DNA from: Lingula anatina
Lineage: Eukaryota; Animalia; Brachiopoda
Length of the DNA stretch: 64,000 nt
Assembly: GCA_051362555.1 (NCBI GenBank)
Contig: CM120640.1
Coordinates: 49,144,788 to 49,208,787, forward strand
Direction of reading: 5' to 3'
Positions 13,334-26,166 of the stretch are shown here, one piece after another (the stretch's first letter is position 1; each line of letters begins with the position of its first letter). The position numbers and the translations under genes are program-made. The notes under the pieces were generated by a model. That model saw only the letters and a program-made list of their open reading frames with translations. It had not been told where the DNA came from and ran no database searches.

Positions 13334-13626
13334 TTGATCTTTATAATAGGCCTATATATTAAAAGGTATCATAATAATGCATCTATGAAGATCTACTATA
13401 AAGATTTTTTATCCTATCCAAGCTTTCGGCCCCTAGGCTTTCTTCGGCAAACATGGTAAACAACCATACTTCTAGGGTGCGTGACGTTGGTTATGTGTTA
13501 AATCCCTGAAGAAGGCATAGCACAGCCGAAAGCTAGGATAGGCCTATATTAGGCCTACATCTTTCAAGTTAATAGGGCCTAGATCTTCATAGATGCATGT
13601 CGTTGAGGTCTTTTAAACGGATCAAA
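13334..13626. mobile_element. Foldback element with an inverted pair of hammerhead motifs (Penelope/retrozyme-like remnant)
   Basis: Arms ATGCATCTATGAAGATCTA...AGCTTTCGGC and GCCGAAAGCT...TAGATCTTCATAGATGCAT are inverted, and each contains a hammerhead-like core. Confidence 0.65.
13502..13539 (+). ncRNA. Minimal type I hammerhead ribozyme motif with palindromic helix III
   Basis: ATCC-CTGAAGA-A-GGC(atagcaca)GCC-GAA-AGCT-A-GGAT: helix I ATCC/GGAT, CUGANGA core, helix II GGC/GCC, GAA, palindromic AGCU, predicted cleavage after A13535. Confidence 0.7.
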
Positions 13627-14129
13627 CCTTTATTTACACGTACTACCCGCAGATATATTAGCACTAACGCCCATGTATTAACCAACACATCGTACAATTG
13701 CTTAGCACCAACAAAGCGATAGGCCTACCTATCACTAACACTGATCCGCTCTGGTAGCGCTGGTTAATTTGTGGATTATGTGGTAAATACAGGTTTTAGT
13801 GCTAAAAGATCTGCGGGTGTTGTTAGTAAACGCCTAATCCGTTTAAAAAGCCTGTCATTAAATAACTTATTTTAATCTGTGTATAATGCCCTTTTGCGCC
13901 AGCTGTTTTCACGCATACGGTAGGCCTAGGCTTAAACGCTCCCGCGGTGACTTCCCCGACTTTCCAAATGTTACAATTAAGCTGTTTGGATCCGAGGATT
14001 ATGAAAATTTGTGGGTACAATTTCTAAAGGCCTAGTAAGGCCCCTGCAATAAAGAGTTATAATCTTTTATCATATGTAACAAGAAGAGAGAGAACGCCCA
14101 TTCAGAATTTCTTGAGTAAGCTGGTGGCC

Positions 14130-14280
14130 TTTTCACGCATGCGCACATTGGACGGAAGTGGTTTCCAACAGGTCACCGAAGCATCAGTTTTTTGCGTCCC
14201 TGTAATACGCTAGCCAAAATGAGGAGATAGTATTATTTCATATTTCTCTGATTGGTTAAATCACAAGCAGAGTTTTTGAT
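14130..14280 (+). promoter_or_regulatory. Probable DCAF12 promoter and non-coding first exon
   Basis: CpG-containing patch with NRF1-like ACGCATGCGCA and ETS-like CGGAAGTG; strong donor GAT|GTAAGT at 14280/14281; CpG depletion starts just downstream. Confidence 0.5.
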
Positions 14281-14612
14281 GTAAGTATTCTGTACAAATG
14301 CAAGTCATATTTTAAGGTAATTGACGCATTTCTCTGATACCACTTGATTTGATGAGTAGCATAGAAGTCTACGTATTTGCCATTAATATATCATATGTGT
14401 TTAGACTACAAATAGTCTTACTCAGTATCTTTCATTGTCATTTGAGCATTATTGAAACGCAGCAGCTCTTTGAGAGATGAATCTTGCACCGTTCAAAATA
14501 TTTTCTTGTGACATTACTCTATTATATAGCACAGATTGATCTAAAAGTAATAAATAATCCAAACCATTTGCTACATCCCTGCTATATTTTTTTTATAAAG
14601 CACATTTTGGGA

Positions 14613-14888
14613 TAGTATGAAATTCATGCGCTAACACTCCCATTGACAATTTTAATATCTAAGCTAACACTCGAATGGAAAGACCCCAGAAAGTGCATGT
14701 AAAATGAAGAATCAGTTTCCAAACCAGACACATTGCCAGAGCTCTCAAATTTTTATCTTACCTCTCATCTCCTCAACTCCCACAGTCCTGTAAAACCAAC
14801 CAGCTTTTCCATCAGCATTGTTTCCATGTGTTAGCTCAATGCAGAGGTCAATTGTCAATAGGAGTGCTTATGCATGAATTTCATGCTA
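14613..14888. mobile_element. MITE-like element with ~38-bp TIRs in the DCAF12 5' intron
   Basis: TAGTATGAAATTCATGCGCTAACACTCCCATTGACAATT versus the reverse complement of the right end, TAGCATGAAATTCATGCATAAGCACTCCTATTGACAATT. Confidence 0.65.
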
Positions 14889-15727
14889 AGTTTGGGAGAG
14901 TTGAATACAGTAACAACTACCATGGTACCTAATCTGTGGAACAGTAGAGGTCAACAATGATAAAAGACTCTAGTGACAACATTGAAAGAAAACTGCATTA
15001 ATGTTTCATCTTTGCATTAAATGCATTGTGTTGCAATAATGATGAATAGCAGTTGCAGTTATTTCTATGAAAACAGAACTGAATAAAAAAAAAACATCTT
15101 CTTCTTTTGTACCCCTGCTATTCTTTCAGAAAAGTATCTGCTGAATGAGGTGATTTCTTCAGATCTTCTAAACTGATTTGTTTCCTTCAGTACTGAAGTC
15201 AATTTTAATGTAATGACAAGATTTTACTTTGGGATGAATGGCTCCATGTCAAGATTCAGGAGAAATGGAATATGGCAGGATCAAAATTTATATATATATA
15301 ACCATTATTAATGACGAACACCAAATGAATGTACGTAATAATGTAGATTCTTTCATTTTATGCAGGCTTACTTCAACCAAATCCATCAGCCAGTAGCATT
15401 TTGTTGATTGTCTTTGGCTGCATAGCATATTTCCTTTATGCTAGTCTCATGGGAGGAATATGAACTGATGTTTTTGCAGAACAAGCCTCCATGATTAAGG
15501 ACTAACTTTTTATTTGGAGGCAAGCAAATTTGAGGCCTGAATTGAGACCTTTGCTACTGTAAATGTATGTAAAATGTACTGAAAGCAGCCATGTTGGGAT
15601 TCAAAGTATTAACAAAATGTAAAAACTTAGTTAAGACAATAGTTAGTTGTATATTTAGTTTAGAGATCACCATTTTCTGTTCTTTATGTTGAAACCAAAT
15701 ACATTTTTAAAATAACCATCAATATAT

Positions 15728-16121
15728 GAGCAAAAATGATCATTAGCTTGGTAGTTGATTCATACATGAAAATTATCAAACACAAGCCGAAATATTTTTG
15801 TACTGTTAGCTTACAGCCAACCTGGTCCAAGGCCTTCATCAGACTGATGTGAATAGATGTTCACACTCACTGACCGCTAGGTCCCGCGAAAAATACGAGA
15901 GGCTATCAACATCAGCCATCACCAGCCACCCATGAATAGGGATGGGGGGGTGGGGGAGAGGGGTTGATCTACCTGACATTTATAAGAGGGTCCTGGCCGC
16001 TATACCACCTAACAGTCAGTAAGTGAGAACATCTACTCACATCAGTCGGATGAAGGCCTTCGACCAGGTTGGCCGTAAGCTAACGGTACAAAAATATTTC
16101 GATGTTTGATAATTTTCATGT
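15728..16121 (+). mobile_element. Penelope-like retroelement 3' remnant with inverted pLTR-like arms and a target-site duplication
   Basis: ~120-bp inverted arms (15762-15881 and ~16007-16123). The spacer translates RKIREAINISHHQPPMNRDGG..VDLPDIYKRVL (frameshift in a G run), like the C-terminus of a PLE GIY-YIG endonuclease. ATAACCATCAATATAT is repeated at 15712-15727 and 16122-16137. Confidence 0.8.
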
Positions 16122-16277
16122 ATAACCATCAATATATATTGTCTGGAAAAGTCACAAAATTCAGCTTTGTCTTATTTGCTAATACAACGGCATGTTAATT
16201 TGTAATATTTTTTTCTTTTCCAGTATTAATTTTCTGAAGAGAAAGATATTATTACAGGCAGCTGATTCACATTCAAG

Positions 16278-19200
16278 ATGGATATTTTTCGATACACCCA
16301 ATATAGGCCTATGGGTTTATACAAGGGCAACCCAGATAATTTGACAAACAGGTTTTTAGCCCAACAGATGCCAGGACTTTTTCAAGAAAAGGAATACAAT
16401 CTAGGAACGATAAATAAAGTTTTTACCTCACAGTGGCTGTCAGATAGACAAGTAGTAGTAGGAACAAAGTGCAATAAGGTTAGAGTTCCAATTTTATATA
16501 TTAATATTGATAACTCTCAGCTATAATATAAGTCAACATTTGAAATTTTGCCAGTAGTCCATTTATATTTGAATTGTTGTATTAGTTGGTTAAAAGTTCA
16601 TTTTTTGAAAATAAAGAACAAGATTGAAAAAATAGATTTTTTTATAAAATAACGAATTAAATAAATATCATATCTGTTCTAATACTTGAATGTGCTTAAC
16701 CTTTCCCAACTTCTTTCTTCTGGTAGATAATAGTATTGGATCTCCAGACGTGCCAGATGAGTACAATACCAAGCCTTAAAAGTAGTGATGAGAGTATTGA
16801 GGCCGACTGTCCATGTGGGATTCACAGTATTGCCATCAATCCATCAAACACTCTGATAGCCACAGGGGCAGATCACACAAATGATCTAGCTGTTTACAGG
16901 TTGCCAACATTTGACCCAGTTTTCCTAGGAGAGGTAATAATTTAAATCTCAACATTGACATAAACACATTCATGCACATGCATAATGTACTTGATGCTAT
17001 ACATTATGGAAAAAAAAACGTTTTCTCTTAGTTCATTATGAAAATTGAGCTAAATTGTAAATGGAGGCAAACAACTAGCAACTTGTATGGAATATTTTTA
17101 TTATTATAGACTACCTTTTAATTTGTAATGCAATATTGTCACTAGTCTGGTGTGCAGATCCTGCACTATTACCAGTGCTTAAACCTTGCAGCGATTGTTG
17201 TTTGTCTTTTCTAGTGTGGGCATGATGATTGGATATTTGACATCAAATGGCTAGATGATGAATTTTTAGTCACAGGTAAAATCCAAAATTGATAAGTAAA
17301 CTTTTTTGTAGCTGATTTTACTTCAGCTGTATTACGATTTACTTAATTGAGGTGAGTTTTTAGATATGTCAAGATCAAGTGTCAGAAAAGTTTATGGACA
17401 TAGTTATACTCAGGTTGATGTAATTTTTAAAAAAATATGATTTAATAATATTAATTGTAATCAAATTGCACCTGTTAATAAAGTAAATAATACTAAGCTG
17501 TCTTTTCAATTCTTTATCAACCCTGTTTAACTACTTGTTCTATATATTCTAGGATCTAGGGATAGTAAAATGGCATTATGGCAGGTTAAAGATGATGATG
17601 ATGGCAGTGTTTCTAAGTTAAAAAGCTTACAGGTGCCAGAATATGTAATTTCTAAGCCAGTGGCAGTGAGGCAGTGTAGGAGAGCAGAGAAAGTGAGGGC
17701 ACTGGCATACAACAAAAGAGATCAGGTAAATTTCAGTGATCATTTGGTTTGCAAGCTTAGTTTCTAATTTATGACATTTAAACCCTTCCCCACTAGCTGT
17801 ATTGTTATAGACTGCCATTAGCTTAATATAGTGATTATTCACGATGTTTAAATGTTTTATGCATGAAAATAAACAATTGTTTAATGACCAATAAATGGTT
17901 CCCAGCATGCATTCTCACATGATCATTGTCTTGAAGGTTTTTTTTTACACTTTTCAGGAGATAGCAGCATTATCATTAAATGGATACATACATCTATGGG
18001 ATGCAGTAAGGTTTTCACAAGTAAGTTCAGAGCATCAGATAGTAAGTATACTTTATTATGATACAGATAAAGATTGAGATTATTTCATTTTAATAGCATT
18101 TGGTTAAAGCTCTTTTGTTATTATTTTTTCAACATCTGCAAATTCGGATTAACCGATCTTGCTCTAAGTTACTGACAATAGGTGCAAAACCAGTTTTAAT
18201 GGGGGGAATGTATATTGTTCCATGAACAAGAGAGGAGTCATTTGAATGGCCTTCCTCAGAAAGTGACCAATATTTCCAATGACAGCAGACATGCTTTCGA
18301 AATTTTGCAGCCTTGAGAATTTTAGAAAGTATTTTGATGTACCCAGATGTTTGATGAGTTGAGAAGAATCAGTGTCCAGGTTGACCACTGGCATGGTTAA
18401 TGTCTGTGTAAGCAGTAAAATCTAGCAGCTGTCATAAAGGCATAGAACCATTTTATCTTACCTTTTTTCTTACAGCCCAAAACCATGTCTGTTGTAGTTA
18501 TTAAGTAATATTAGACTTAAATAACGCAAAAAGAAATACATATATTAAACTAATGGCATATTTTCTTTTCCAGAAAAATTACAGAAAATTGTCATATACA
18601 AGAGAGAATGTATGTATGTCTTTTTGTAACAAGAGGACATTGTATGCAGTTGGGTCACAGTCACATGTCACTCTGATAGATCCTAGAACTATGAAAAACA
18701 GTCTGACCATATTGTCAAGACAGAGGGGATGTGGTAAGTTCTAAGTGATGGTTATATACCAAAATAACCTGGGAGGAAGGGTGGGGGCAAGTAACACACA
18801 GTCAGTCTCTGCATTCTGTTGTATTGTATTAGATGAAGGGTGTAATGATAAAAAACACTGGATCTGCCAGCAACTTGCAATTGAAATTTCATGGGTTCTT
18901 GTTAGTTAATAAACTACAAAAGATTGAAGGATTTTCGCTGACCAAATACATCAATAAAAAGAATGTCTTTTTTTACCTCCATATAGGAATACGGTCAGTG
19001 AGTTTTAATGAATCTGTAGTAACCATAGGAACAGGAGCTGGTGCTGTGCTGTTCTATGATCTTAGGACAGGCAAATATTTACAGTGTAACTGTGGGCATG
19101 CCTGTATGCTGAATGTGGGAAAGGGATGGCTGGTATGAATTACTTAGCTTTTTTCTTAATTGAATATATGCATTACCCTCTCTATATGTCGACTTCTTTA

Positions 19201-19620
19201 CGTCAATTAAAATTATGTATGCAACCAAGTAAACTAACACAACAAAACTTCAAAGTATGTCAGTCTTGGTAGCAAGCACACACAAATGGTGTTTTGCATC
19301 TGTGTATGTAAATGTTTAGGATGAGGATTTCAAGTAACATCTTTAAAAGATGAATATAATCATATCATCTGTGTCTACCCAAATCATAAGTTGAAGCAAG
19401 TATTCAGTTTTACTTATTTCATGTATTATACAAATGACATACAATTTTTTTAAATTATTTTCAGCGTCATGATGATGCCTATCGAGACTTCTTCATGGAT
19501 TTAGAATATCCCAATGCCATATACACACATTGCTATGATGCATCTGGTACAAAACTGTTCACTGCAGGAGGGCCATTACCTGCTGGACTCTGGGGAAACT
19601 ATGCTAGTGTGTGGCAATAA
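16278..19620 (+). CDS. DCAF12: DDB1- and CUL4-associated factor 12 (WD40 substrate receptor)
   Basis: Exons 16278-16478, 16727-16933, 17215-17275, 17553-17725, 17958-18020, 18574-18733, 18987-19132, 19465-19620. Motifs [53 protein letters not shown] and [29 protein letters not shown]. Confidence 0.95.
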
Positions 19621-21580
19621 TACAAGAAACATTGCTGCACGTTCTTTTAACTGCATTATTTTGAAACTGCCATATGAATATTCAGTAGAGTTAATATACT
19701 GTATAATATCTGCTACATTTAAGATATATTTAATATTATTTTACAGCATAAATTTAAACAATTACAGGTGTAACCTCTATTTATCAAGTTTAATTTTTCA
19801 GTTTCACGGTTGATTAGTATTAAAAGGGATCACATTTCATAGATGGTTTGATGCCTGTTTAAAGGGGCATACAAATTGAGGAAGACTGCTATCATATTGT
19901 TGAGATGATATAAGTATGGTGTCTAAGATTATTTATCTTAAAAGTCCTCACCATGAGATAAGTATATTATTGGTCAAAACACCATTTTAACTTCATTTTC
20001 TGTCCATTCTCTTTCACTGCACAGGCAAATTTTACTTCACCTACTATCTGGTTACCTAACCAGATCAAACCATTGCAGATCAACAAGCTATTGCATTATT
20101 CAAAGTTATTTCAGTACAAGGTCTCTGAATGTTGAACGTCACATTTACGTCTGTCGACATGCCATCGCCCTCTCTATTATTATCCTACTTTTGAAACTTT
20201 TGTCATACTCCCTTCTTTTTATCCTTCTTATGTGCTTAAAAGGTTTTTTTCTTCAAAGCGACCGCTGCATTTACTTTTTAAATTAGGACAGTCTGGTGGT
20301 ATGCCTTCTCACTTGGCCTTCACCAATGGAAAGTAGGTTAAGCAATTTTCCACATTTCTTCCTGCCTGTTCATTTATGTTAGTCACATGACATGCAAGGT
20401 TACAATCACGGGATGTAAATGTGATTTTTATTTCCTCATTTCTACATACTGGGCGGGTGTTTTATGTTGAATTTGAAATAGATCTTGTTTGTGTAGAGTG
20501 TCTGATGTTGTGAAAGTGCTGTTTTAGTGTATCAATTCCAACTAAAACTGCTTTGTATACCTGTTTAACATCTAAAATACAAAATCGCTGGCCAGTACTT
20601 GTGAGAAATGTAGCATAGTATGATGATGCAAGACCTGAAAATAAAATGTAACACACTGACTGCAGAAGGGGAAAAGGGGATTTGTAGATTCCCAATAAGT
20701 TATCAACTTAACAAGTGAGCTGTTGTTTTATCAGTGTGTTTTAGTTACATGCGGGTCATGTACACTTTTTCTTTTTTTTCTGTTGTGACCATGCCACTGC
20801 AATTAATGCCAATTATTTTAGTTTCACAACTTTAAAACATGTTTGATGAACCTGTTTATTACAAGAATGCTGCATCTTATGCCAAAGGGATATTTATAAT
20901 GAATTTCAAAAGTAATAGTGAATAAATAATTGCTAAACCCAAGCATTGCTGTAAGTAATGTATGCTAAATTTTATGCGATTGGGATATTTATATTTACTT
21001 TCAAAGTCAATAATGTATAATTGATATCATTTTGTCCTTAGTTTATGGGATTGATACTTTTTACTATAGGCTGTGACACAAATATATAAGATTAACATGT
21101 TATGAAATACATTTGTTGTATATATTGTGTTTTCTAGAATAAAATTTGTTTTTGTTTAAAATTTTAATGTTGTCTATGATTTGCTTTATTTATGTTATAC
21201 TTGCTTAACATCCCAAACCATTTGCATTCAACTTGAATTATTAAATGTAGCATCACACAATTCTCATTTATGAACTTTTAAACTTTTGGGTTTATTTAAC
21301 TAGACAGCAAAGCTGGCAAATATACAGACACCATATAGGAAACGAGGCAGCAAAGCTGTCAAATGTTAATACATATGTAATGCAGAAAGAAGTGCACAAA
21401 ATGTTTTGGTCAATTTTGATGTACTGTTACATAATGCTTTAAAACAGCATAATCAACTCTTACCTTCTTACATTATGTACTACAGGTAACATGGACACTG
21501 AAAAACTAACGTGATTCAGTTTCATGGGATATTAAAGCCACTGAAAATGCTAATGTGTGAAAAAATAAATAATTATCGTT

Positions 21581-21845
21581 AATGTAAACTGAACATGCTC
21601 ATTCTCAAAAGCAACCTGCCTTTTTACCAAACAAAGTCACTCCGTAAATTTAAAGTAAAACAATAATACAGTTTGGAAGTTATGGGGTGAACATCAAAAT
21701 TATGCAAAAAGAAAAAAAAAACAAGTTAATTAACCTAAATGTACTGATCATGCTGATTTTTGAAACAACCTGCCTCTTTACCAAACAAAACCACTCAGTA
21801 AATTTAGAGTAAAACAAAAATGCAGTTTGGAAGTTATGGGGTGAA
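21581..21845. repeat. Diverged tandem duplication of a ~110-bp unit between the convergent DCAF12 and PDCD7 3' ends
   Basis: 21581-21691 and 21738-21845 share CAACCTGCCT..TTACCAAACAAA..GTAAATTTA.AGTAAAACAA..CAGTTTGGAAGTTATGGGGTGAA. Confidence 0.8.
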
Positions 21846-22636
21846 AGTCGGACAGCAATGGTGACGACTTGGACCGACAGACCAATCAGAATATATACAT
21901 ACAGTGTCTGAATATAAAAATAAAAATGTTACATATTATATGGCATTACATTTTCCATTATTTTGAAAAGTTATCAACAAGTACAGGTCTTTTTTACAAA
22001 GCTTTCATAATAATAATTATCATACTTTATTTCAAAACAACCCACAGTAAAGTTGAAATTAAAAAATACATGACATTGCAACTAAGTTTTACGCAGACGA
22101 TCTACCATACCTTTCCAGGATGTCTGTTACTGCTTTAAAAGTGATCAAAAGTAACCTTTAAAACACATCTTGGGTATATGCTTCAGTCTCTATTAAATAA
22201 GTCCAAGGTTACAATGCCACGCTGGAAACCCGAATGTCCTTTGCTCATAAACCATTCAGTTCTCTCACCATCCCCATACATTATTACTGCCGGTAACAAG
22301 ATTTATATAGTACTATCTCATGGCAGATAACCAAACATCTATCCAAGCATCCCTGCTTGGTGTTATGCTCATCTGTCACCTTGCTAATAAACATCAGATT
22401 TACAAATGAATGATGAAAGGATGCAGCTTCAAAAATAAAAGGTGGGTGTATCAGATTAGAGCGTGATCTGATGTTTGGTAAACTTACTAGGTTTATCAAT
22501 GAATCAAGGTGACAGTTAAGTGTGCTTGGTGTACTTGGTCCCTAGCTGTCTGTAGTGCTTAACCCTAAATATTGGGAATGCACATGCAGTTAGTGAACAG
22601 ATGAAACATATGAACATCTCAGTTGCAACTCCTGTG

Positions 22637-25600
22637 TTAACTCAATGCAGAAGCCCATGTTTCACTACTTGGTTCATTTGGTATCACCCAGCCCACTGGC
22701 AGATGACTGCTGCCTGGGGTATCTTGTGACACAAGGAAGTTGTCCCACTGTTGTCTGAAATGGTTATTTTGAAATAAATATCAGAAAGGAAAGTTATCCT
22801 TGTATGCCATTTAAAATAGCACAGTAAACATAACCCTTAATAGTGCATACACTTATGTTATTGTTTTCATCGAAAAAATGCAAAAGTATACCACATTACC
22901 AATTAAAATATCAAAAACTTGATATGACAAACACATAGGCATTAAATAATTTATTTTTGTATATCATTCAAAACATTAAAATGTGTAACACTGTCAGAAA
23001 TTCAATCACCAAAGTCAAAATTTCTACATTATCATGCAAACGCCTAAATACAAACAATATTTAGTACATACCTTATTTGAAGTAAAGATTCTACACTGTT
23101 CTCTGCTTGATCATAATACTGTCTAAATGGATAAAGAAGATCGCCAGGAAGAAGAAGAACTGTAAAAAATCATTAATCATATACACTATTTTGCAGTATA
23201 TTATCTATTCAACAAAAACAAGTTTGGCTTGCATGCATTCTCTGGTTGGATTTGCTGAATGAATTACATTCAATTAATTGTCATTATCAAAACATCAGTC
23301 TTCAACAAATTGCTTGCTTAAAAGTGAACTTAAAACAGATGTCATGTGTGATGCAAAATAAGGTTTACAAACAAACCTTCTTTTCCAAAGAGCCATTCCT
23401 TTATTTTTCTTTCCTTCTTTCGCTTAAGAACTTCTTTTTTCAAACGTGCTTCTTCTCTCTCCTTTTCTAAGTTTTCTTCTTGTTCTGTTTCCAACATTAC
23501 CTAAAATATATTGATGAGTTAACTTCAGTAAGAAAGATTTTCTTTTCATAGTCAAAGATTTTGATCTTTCATGGGAAAAGTCAACCACAATTGTATCAAT
23601 GGAGATCAAAAATAAGACAAAAGGAAATATAAAATGCTGAGCAGCAGCAAAGAAACTGAGTGAAAGACTGACTATTATGGCAAAATGGAATGCTATATTC
23701 TTAAAACCTCTAAAGTCCGCTGTTCAGCTTCATACGTCTCTTTTTGTTTGTTCATCATTTCTAAAAGAGTCTTTGTTGTGTCTTCAAAAACTTGATCGCA
23801 TTCCTTTGGAGGATGAAGACCTGAAAACAAAATAACAGAACTGACCTGTTACCAGTGCTGGCACTTCATGGTATTTAGATTGGCTGTTGCTTTTGGTGAC
23901 ATAAATAACTATCTAAACCATGCATTTATATGCTCTTCAGTAATATATCATTTCAGCAAATCTATAATACTATAAATTCCTCACCTCTTTCGTGTGCTCT
24001 CTTCATTCTGAGAGTTCTCAATTTCTGCAGACCTTCAACTAGTTGAATGGCCTTAAGTGCCTCTATGTTCTTCTTTCTTACCTCACCTAAGATAGAATCT
24101 GCTGCTGATTTAAGATCTTTTGCCTAAATGAAACAAAAAAAGTTATCTCTTAATCAAGAGATATATTCATTTAACAGAAAATACTAACATGTTCACTTGT
24201 AAATTAACAAAAGTGAAGTTTTGCTTTATTGTCATCATAAACTGATAATTATCTTACCCTTTTCTTATCCTGATCTTTTTGATAAATAGCATTTTGCCAG
24301 GCATCAATTTGTTTATGAAGTTCCTCTCGTCTCTTAAGCGCCTCTACTTCGGATAACTTTTCACTTCTCTTTTGTTTCTCTCTCCTGATCTAAATGGTTT
24401 AGGAGTCAAAAAAATTATGACTTACAATTTCAACTGACATGAGCAAATAAAATCAATATAACAAGACACTTAACTTATTACATGTCATTGATAGCTTTTC
24501 AAAAATATCTAATATCATCAATCTAACATTTCAATAGTCTTTAATATTTACTTTTAATTGTACACATTGCTTTAGGCATTACCATAATTTTCCCACCTTT
24601 CTTTTCTCTGCCCTTTTTATCTTTTTTGCAATAACCTTTGTTAAGTTAGGATTTAACAGGGTCTCCTTCAATCTCTGCAGCTGCAACTAAAACAGAAAAT
24701 CATATATGAAATATCTTTGACTAACCAAACAATGTTGGTTGGAATCCTCTGAAGGGCAACACAACACTATTTTCTTCTTCTATAAGATCTATTTTCTTCC
24801 TGAAGATTTTTTCACATTTCCATATCCCTTATAAAGAAAAATCTCATAAAATATATCATCTAAGTTTCTTGAACAGACTGATGGAAATAAGTAACACAAA
24901 GTTTTGAGAAGGGTCCAAAGCATTAAAGAGGGAAATCAATGTTGACTGGATCTACCTGTAACTATATGTACCTTCTTAAATACAACTGATGAATATTTTA
25001 TGGAGAATACTCAAGCACATACTTTTGTTTCCAGAGATTTAGCATAATTCTGTTCCCAGTCAAAATTAACATCATGTAAATGTTCTCTCAGATTTTGCTG
25101 CTGAGACTTCAGCTGATCAAAGATAAGGATGGTTGATTTCACAAGGTCTTGGTACTCAGGGATCTGAAAAAAACATTATTTATTAATCACATAATCATCA
25201 ATATGCCTTACTGAAATACTGAAATTCATAACCCTTAAAGAATTATAGTTTGTATTTTTCTTTAAATCTATATGAATGAGTATCATATATATAACAGCAA
25301 TATTATTTTTGATTGACTATTAATCATGAATTATTTTTTAAAATTAATCATATAGTAAATCTACTGAGAATTGCTATGCCAAAATCAACCACACTAAGCA
25401 ATTCAACAAGGACTTTTTTTAGGATATTTATTTATAAAAAACTTACTGAAACGCTTCCATTGATTACTTTCTTCTCTGAACCTTGTTCACTTTTTACGGG
25501 ACATCTGGATGATAACCACCTCTTCACCCATTCCCTGTCAGCATCTCTTACAGATTTACAATCATTCTCTAAAGAATGAGGTTGAAAACCAGCATTTTCT

Positions 25601-26166
25601 TCTGGTCTACTCTGCATGCTATTGGTCTCAAAAAAATTCTCATTATCTGACATTCCATACTGTCTCTCAAATGAAGTAGACCCTTTGTCCTGATAATGGT
25701 ATGGGTTTATGATTGTGTGACTAACTGGTGGCAGTAAATTACTTTGCAACTGAGGATTGTTTATCTTATTCATAGGTTGTGAGTATCCTTGAGAAACAGC
25801 ATATGGCCTCCCCCCAGAATGGCCTGGTGGCCAAGGTGGCCTAGGACATGATTCTCCAGGAAAACTAGGTGATGGAGACTTTCCTTGATTATAAGAAAAA
25901 TCTAATTGTGGCTGAGGCTGTTGGGGGGGAGGAGGTGGTCCTTGTTGAAAAGACAGAGGCAATGGAGGCGGAGGAGGATACCCAGGTGGAGACTGCATCC
26001 AGGCCTGTTGTTGTGAACCACTCCATCTGGGAGTACTGAATCTTGCAAGATCTTGTTGTGGTGGAGGCAGTGATAGGGGCATGTTTGTCATCCCTAGGTT
26101 GGTTTGCTGGGGCTGGCTAAGCTCCTGTGATTTATTATGTTGCCATGGTGGATGATAAGACTGCAT
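22637..26166 (-). CDS. PDCD7: Programmed cell death protein 7 (U11/U12 snRNP 59K)
   Basis: Exons 26166-25447, 25163-25023, 24686-24597, 24389-24258, 24123-23985, 23820-23708, 23500-23377, 23159-23072, 22754-22637. Pro-rich N-terminus; motifs DLKSAADSILGEVRKK, YEAEQRTLEVMLETEQEE, PFRQYYDQAE..SLLQIRQQWDNFL and PVGWVIP..PSSETWASAL. A non-coding exon is likely just above 27690. Confidence 0.92.

Noticed and set aside
20130-20460. Possible decayed transposase zinc-finger fragment (KCGKLLNLLSIGEGQVRRH, minus strand) in the DCAF12 3' region
   Set aside because: Too short and interrupted to support without a database search.
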